This document shows, in pieces, positions 59,824 to 64,000 of a stretch of 64,000 nucleotides of DNA; positions within the stretch are counted from its first letter, which is position 1; every line of letters starts with the position of its first letter. The translations under genes were made by a program, and so were the position numbers. Source of the stretch: an uncultured Chloroflexia bacterium (lineage in GTDB: Bacteria > Chloroflexota > Anaerolineae > B4-G1 > SLSP01). The stretch is taken from the NCBI GenBank assembly GCA_963751345.1, contig CAVVUS010000011.1, forward strand, positions 416,001 to 480,000. The letters run 5' to 3'. The notes beneath the pieces were generated by a model, which was not told the DNA's origin, ran no database searches, and saw only the letters and a list, made by a program, of their open reading frames with translations.

Positions 59824-61476
59824 ATGCCATTGACCACAGGACAAATACTTCAGGATCGCTACCGCGTTGACGCCCTGCTTGGGCAAGGCGGGATGGGCGC
59901 CGTCTACCGGGCGGTCGATCTGCGCCTCGACAAGACCGTGGCGATCAAGGAGATGGTGCCCCAACCCGGCCTGGATCCGACTGCGTTGGAGCAGTTCCGC
60001 ACGCAGTTCCGGCAGGAAGCGGTGACCCTTGGGAAGCTGTCACACCCCCACTTGGTGCCGGTGACGGACTACTTCGAGGAGCGCGGCAACGATTACCTGG
60101 TGATGGCCTTCGTCGAGGGGGAGAGCCTTGCCGAGCGAATCAAGAGAGAGGGCGCGCTCCCCGAAGCACAGGTCGTGTTCTGGGCGCGCCAACTGCTGGA
60201 TGCGCTGGCTTACTGCCACGCGCGTGGAGTCATCCATCGGGACGTCAAGCCGCAGAACGTCATCATCACGCCGGAAGGCGAAGCCGTGCTGGTGGACTTC
60301 GGCCTGGTCAAGCTCTGGGACCCCGCCGACCCACGGACCAAGACCGCGATGCGGGCATGGGCACGCCCGAGTACGCGCCGCCGGAGCAGTGGGGCAACTT
60401 GGACCGGCACACCGATCCCAGGACCGACATCTATGGCCTCGGCGCGACACTCTACCACGCCCTCGTGGGCCGGGCCCCGCTTACGGGCAGCGACAGGATG
60501 GCGTTCCCCGCGCAGTTCAAGACCCCCCGCCAGATGAACGGGCTGATCAGCCCGGCGGTCGACGACGCTTATCCGGAGAGCGATGGCCCTTGCCTGGGAC
60601 GAGCGTTGGGCGAGCGCCCGCGACATGGCCGCGGCTCTCGAGCGCAGGGTCCCACTCGACGACACTCGTATCACGACCGGTGGGCAGCCCTCAGGGCGCC
60701 GCCGGTTGTCCTGGATTTGGGTGGCCGGCATCGTGGTGCTGGCGCTCGGCGGGATCGCGGCCCTGTGGTGGATGCGAAACGCCGCCGCTGTCCCTGGCCC
60801 GACCCCGGCCCCCAGTTACACGATCTCACCGGGGATGCAGCCCTCGCCAACGGCCGCCGAGCCGGTCGTGGCGACGGTGCCCGAGGGCGAGTCTCAGGTC
60901 GAGCCGACAGCCACAGCCGCCGCGACCCTGGCGCCGAGTCCGACTCCGACGCTCCCGCAGCCCACCTCCACCGTGGCGCCAACCCCCAGTCCGACCCCCC
61001 GGCCGACTGACACGCCGGCCTGCCCCCCTGTCCGGGGCGCATTTGCCGACGCCTGGGCGGCCGGACAGGACCGCCTCGGGTGCGCCCAGGGCGACCCCTT
61101 CACCGGTGTGGTTGCCGAGGAAGCCTTCGAGCACGGGAGGATGTTCTGGCGGGAGCCCCTGGACACGGGACAGGCCCTGGTCCTCTACAATGGCGGTGCT
61201 TGGCACACATACCAACACGCGCCCTACGTCGAGGGAAGCCCCGAGTTCCCCTGCGCCGACGCCGACACCCCGGCGCAGTGTCCGCCCACACCCAAGCGTG
61301 GCTTCGGCGCGATGTGGTGTGACATTGGCCGGATCCGCACTGGCCTTGGCAGCGCTCTTGACTGTGAACGCAGCTACACCGGCACCATGCAGCAGTTCGA
61401 CCGCGGCGCCGCCCTGCGCACCGACGCCGGCACCATCTACCTCTTCTACGCGGACGGGCTGTGGGAGCGCCGATAA
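59824..61476 (+). CDS. Membrane Ser/Thr protein kinase with Pro/Thr linker and extracellular LGFP-like domain; frameshifts near 60355 and 60570
   Basis: GQGGMGAVY, VAIKE, HRDVKPQN, DFG, GTPEYAPPEQ, DIYGLG; TM; RLGCA..FEHGRMFW, PKRGFGAMW. Confidence 0.88.
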
Positions 61477-61489
61477 ACGACATCATCAC

Positions 61490-61777
61490 CTTCACGCTCA
61501 AGGCAACTGCTACCGCAGCGCTCCCCCGCGACGCGGGTCCTGCCGACCACGCTACCTTCCTTCCTTGACTTGATCGCCGCGGGTGTTGCTGTCAGCCACA
61601 CCATGTCACCGCACTCCCGCGAGGAGAAGCCCGACGCGATCTGTTCCGTTACATCGAGTCGTTCTACAATCGTCGGCGTCTGCATTCGTCGATTGGCTAC
61701 CTCAGTCCGGTGGCCTTTGAACAGAATATCAACGGTGTTTAGCACTGCATAGTGTCCACCAAAACGGGGGAACCTCT
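61490..61777 (+). mobile_element. Decayed IS3-family element (transposase C-terminus plus right terminal inverted repeat)
   Basis: GNCY at about 61502. [29 protein letters not shown] at 61635-61742. IS3-like end TGTCCACCAAAACGGGGGAACCTC at 61753-61776. Confidence 0.8.
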
Positions 61778-61914
61778 GATTGTATAGCGCTACTGCAAGA
61801 ACTGGACAAGCACCGTCACAGTCGGGTACCCCAGCACCGCTTTCGCCGCGACCCTGAGACGTACCTCGCGGGGCTAGAGGAGTCACTCCCTATCTGATCT
61901 TGCTACCCTAACTG

Positions 61915-62180
61915 TCGAGATCCGGAAAGGTCTCGGCACGCTATTTCGCCACCGCCTCTTCGTCGCGCTCCACCGGCTTCTGGCGCGTCCAGCGCATCCA
62001 TTTCAGCAGCCGCCCCACGTGCCGCACGCTCTACATCACCCCGAACCTTCTAAGGATCACTTGCCGCACGCGTCCACACCCTCCCCCAAAATCTATATGC
62101 CTCGGGTCCGCGTGGCAGGTGCCCTGCCAGGCGCCCGGCTCGTCCTCCGACAAGCTGGGCTGGGGGCGCCCTGCCCGGAC
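61915..62180 (-). mobile_element. Decayed IS630-family transposase (winged-HTH orfA) remnant
   Basis: Minus strand reads ..LSEDE..RGPEAY.F..WT..RVRQVILRRFGVM*SVRHVGRLLKWMRWTRQKPVER-DEEAVAK*RAETFPDL, with stops and shifts. Confidence 0.7.
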
Positions 62181-62519
62181 TGTTACTCGGAGGAGATAAT
62201 GGGTTGGGGTACGCGGTCGCAAGGCGCGGGCTGCACGGTTAGGCCACGTCTCTTATACCCACAACAGATGATGCGCAATGGTGCCCTCCTGTCGATCGAG
62301 CACGCGCTTCGTCGCTGACAACTGACGGCCTCTCATCAACTCCGCTTGCACTTCGCGCCGATTGGGTGTAATCTGTGCATGGTGCGAGCTAAGGTGGGTT
62401 CCACGCGCTCCCAAATGTCGAACTTTCCTTTGTGGCTCTGTGCTGCGTGCTGCAACTATTGAAGTACGCCGCCACTCTTGTGTGTTGAGCGGTTCTTCTA
62501 CGGTCTGTGAGGCATCAAG

Positions 62520-64000
62520 ATGCCCTACTATGCGCACTCGAAGGAAGGCGTCAGCAAGGCTGAGTGGCAACTGCTGCTCGATCACCTGACCAACACCGGT
62601 GAAATCGCCGCCGAGCTGGGGCGCGATGCCGGGATCTCTGAGTTGGCGCGGACGGTTGCGCTGGTGCACGACCTGGGCAAGTACTCACGGGCATTCCAGC
62701 GCCGGCTGGAGGGCTCCAGGGCCAGGGTCGACCATTCGACGGCTGGGGCGCAGGCATTGGTGAGCCACTTCCGGGATCATCCCCTCGCGAAGCTGCTGGC
62801 CTACTGCATCGTCGGGCACCACGGTGGTCTGCCGGACTACGGTGACGCCACGGACGTTGAGACCCAGGGCACGCTGGTATCCCGCCTGAAGGCGAAGGTG
62901 CAGGATTACAGCGCCTTCAGAGACGAGATAGACCTCGCACAGATTGCCCTGCCGAACCGTCTCAGCATTCGCCCTCTACGCGAATCCCCACATTACTCTC
63001 TTGCATTCCTGACACGGATGGTCTACTCGGCGTTGGTCGACAGCGACTTCCTGGAGACAGAGACCTATATGAGCGGCGGTGAGAAACCGCGCGGCGCCTA
63101 CGCCGACATCGCCACCCTTTGCCGAGTTCTGAACGAGGCACTCCAGGACTTGGACAACCCAACGACGCCGATCAACGAGAAACGCACTGAGATACTGCAA
63201 AGCTGTCTCACCAAGGCTGGGTGCAAGCAGGGCGTCTTCACGCTGACGGTGCCGACGGGAGGAGGCAAGACGCTGTCATCGATGGCGTTTGCGCTCAACC
63301 ACGCCGTCAGGCACGGACTTAAGCGCGTCATCTACGTTATTCCCTATACCAGCATCATCGAACAGAACGCCGCGGTCTTCAAGGGCATCCTCGGCGAGGA
63401 AAACGTGCTCGAGCATCACGCCAACTTCGACTGGGAGCGTTTCGGCGACAGGTATAGCGACTCGCCGGGTGATATGACCAACGGCGCAGCGACGAAGCTG
63501 AAGCTGGCCGCGGAGAATTGGGATGTCCCCATCATCGTCACCACTAACGTGCAGTTCTTCGAGTCGCTCTATGCTCACCAGTCCTCACGCAGCCGCAAGG
63601 TACACAACGTCGCCAAGAGCGTGATCATCTTCGATGAGGCGCAGATGCTGCCGCTTGGGTATCTCAAACCCTGCCTGACGGCGATCCGGGAGTTGGTGGC
63701 CAACTACGGCGTTAGCGCCGTCTTCTGCACGGCGACCCAGCCGAGACTCGAGCGCTTCCTCACCGATCAGCCTGTCACCGAGCTGGCGCCGAACCCCGCC
63801 GACCTCTACAATTTCTTCAAGCGGGTCCGGGTCCGGTATACCGGCGTGATGGATGACGGGACGTTGGTCGAGCACATGAGCAGTAGCGAACAGGCGCTCT
63901 GCATCGTCAACACACGGCGGCACGCGCGAGGGCTTTATCAGATGCTGGCCGACAGGGTCCCCGCCGGCGAGGTCTTCCATCTCTCCACGCTGATGTGCCC
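62520..64000 (+). CDS. cas3: CRISPR-associated helicase/endonuclease Cas3 (HD + SF2 helicase), type I-C-like, 3'-truncated
   Basis: ATG at 62520: MPYYAHS...DHL...HDLGKY..FQ..DHSTAGA...GHHGGLPD...SALVDSDF; PTGGGKT; IPYTSIIEQ; LEHH; ENWD.PIIVTTNVQFFESL; FDEAQMLP; CTATQP; CIVNT; HLST. Open to the window end, so absent from the ORF track. Confidence 0.95.
   Translation, partial: MPYYAHSKEGVSKAEWQLLLDHLTNTGEIAAELGRDAGISELARTVALVHDLGKYSRAFQRRLEGSRARVDHSTAGAQALVSHFRDHPLAKLLAYCIVGHHGGLPDYGDATDVETQGTLVSRLKAKVQDYSAFRDEIDLAQIALPNRLSIRPLRESPHYSLAFLTRMVYSALVDSDFLETETYMSGGEKPRGAYADIATLCRVLNEALQDLDNPTTPINEKRTEILQSCLTKAGCKQGVFTLTVPTGGGKTLSSMAFALNHAVRHGLKRVIYVIPYTSIIEQNAAVFKGILGEENVLEHHANFDWERFGDRYSDSPGDMTNGAATKLKLAAENWDVPIIVTTNVQFFESLYAHQSSRSRKVHNVAKSVIIFDEAQMLPLGYLKPCLTAIRELVANYGVSAVFCTATQPRLERFLTDQPVTELAPNPADLYNFFKRVRVRYTGVMDDGTLVEHMSSSEQALCIVNTRRHARGLYQMLADRVPAGEVFHLSTLMC

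Noticed and set aside
62250-62519. Lower-GC region upstream of cas3, with ATTGAAG at about 62458, as a degenerate CRISPR repeat or leader
   Set aside because: No second copy and no repeat-spacer periodicity.
63585-63980. Minus-strand ORFs 62253-63980 as independent genes
   Set aside because: They are antisense to the clear cas3 reading frame.

Overview
A GC-rich bacterial window that looks like Chloroflexota, class Anaerolineae (inferred from the multi-GAF sensor paralogues, mevalonate kinase plus isopentenyl-phosphate kinase, GT-C glycosyltransferases and an rpoC carrying a large insert). Many genes are split by single-base frameshifts, including the essential proS, which points to long-read indel errors rather than true pseudogenes. 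Bases 1-21093 hold a co-oriented, partly translationally coupled cluster of eight GAF-rich signalling genes. Two histidine kinases flank six sensors with no output domain, and all six end in the same truncated 'half-GAF' tail. This is the most striking candidate for an undescribed system. Next come a ferredoxin, a PHP hydrolase, queA and a GH1 glycosidase, then a minus-strand ubiA-like/mvk/ipk/GT-C/GT-C operon. A solitary rpoC with no adjacent rpoB follows, behind a structured intergenic region. After it are an ECF sigma/anti-sigma/bactofilin-like unit, thiF-like, proS, pepA, a degenerate kinase, DUF711, a methionine gamma-lyase-type enzyme, a TIGR03663-NHL protein, an oxidoreductase, a spermidine-synthase-like membrane protein and a Ser/Thr kinase. 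The window ends with decayed IS fragments and the 5' part of a type I-C-like cas3 that is absent from the ORF track. Several families of palindromic REP-like elements and a shared-core minisatellite sit inside coding sequences. No CRISPR array, tRNA or rRNA was found.
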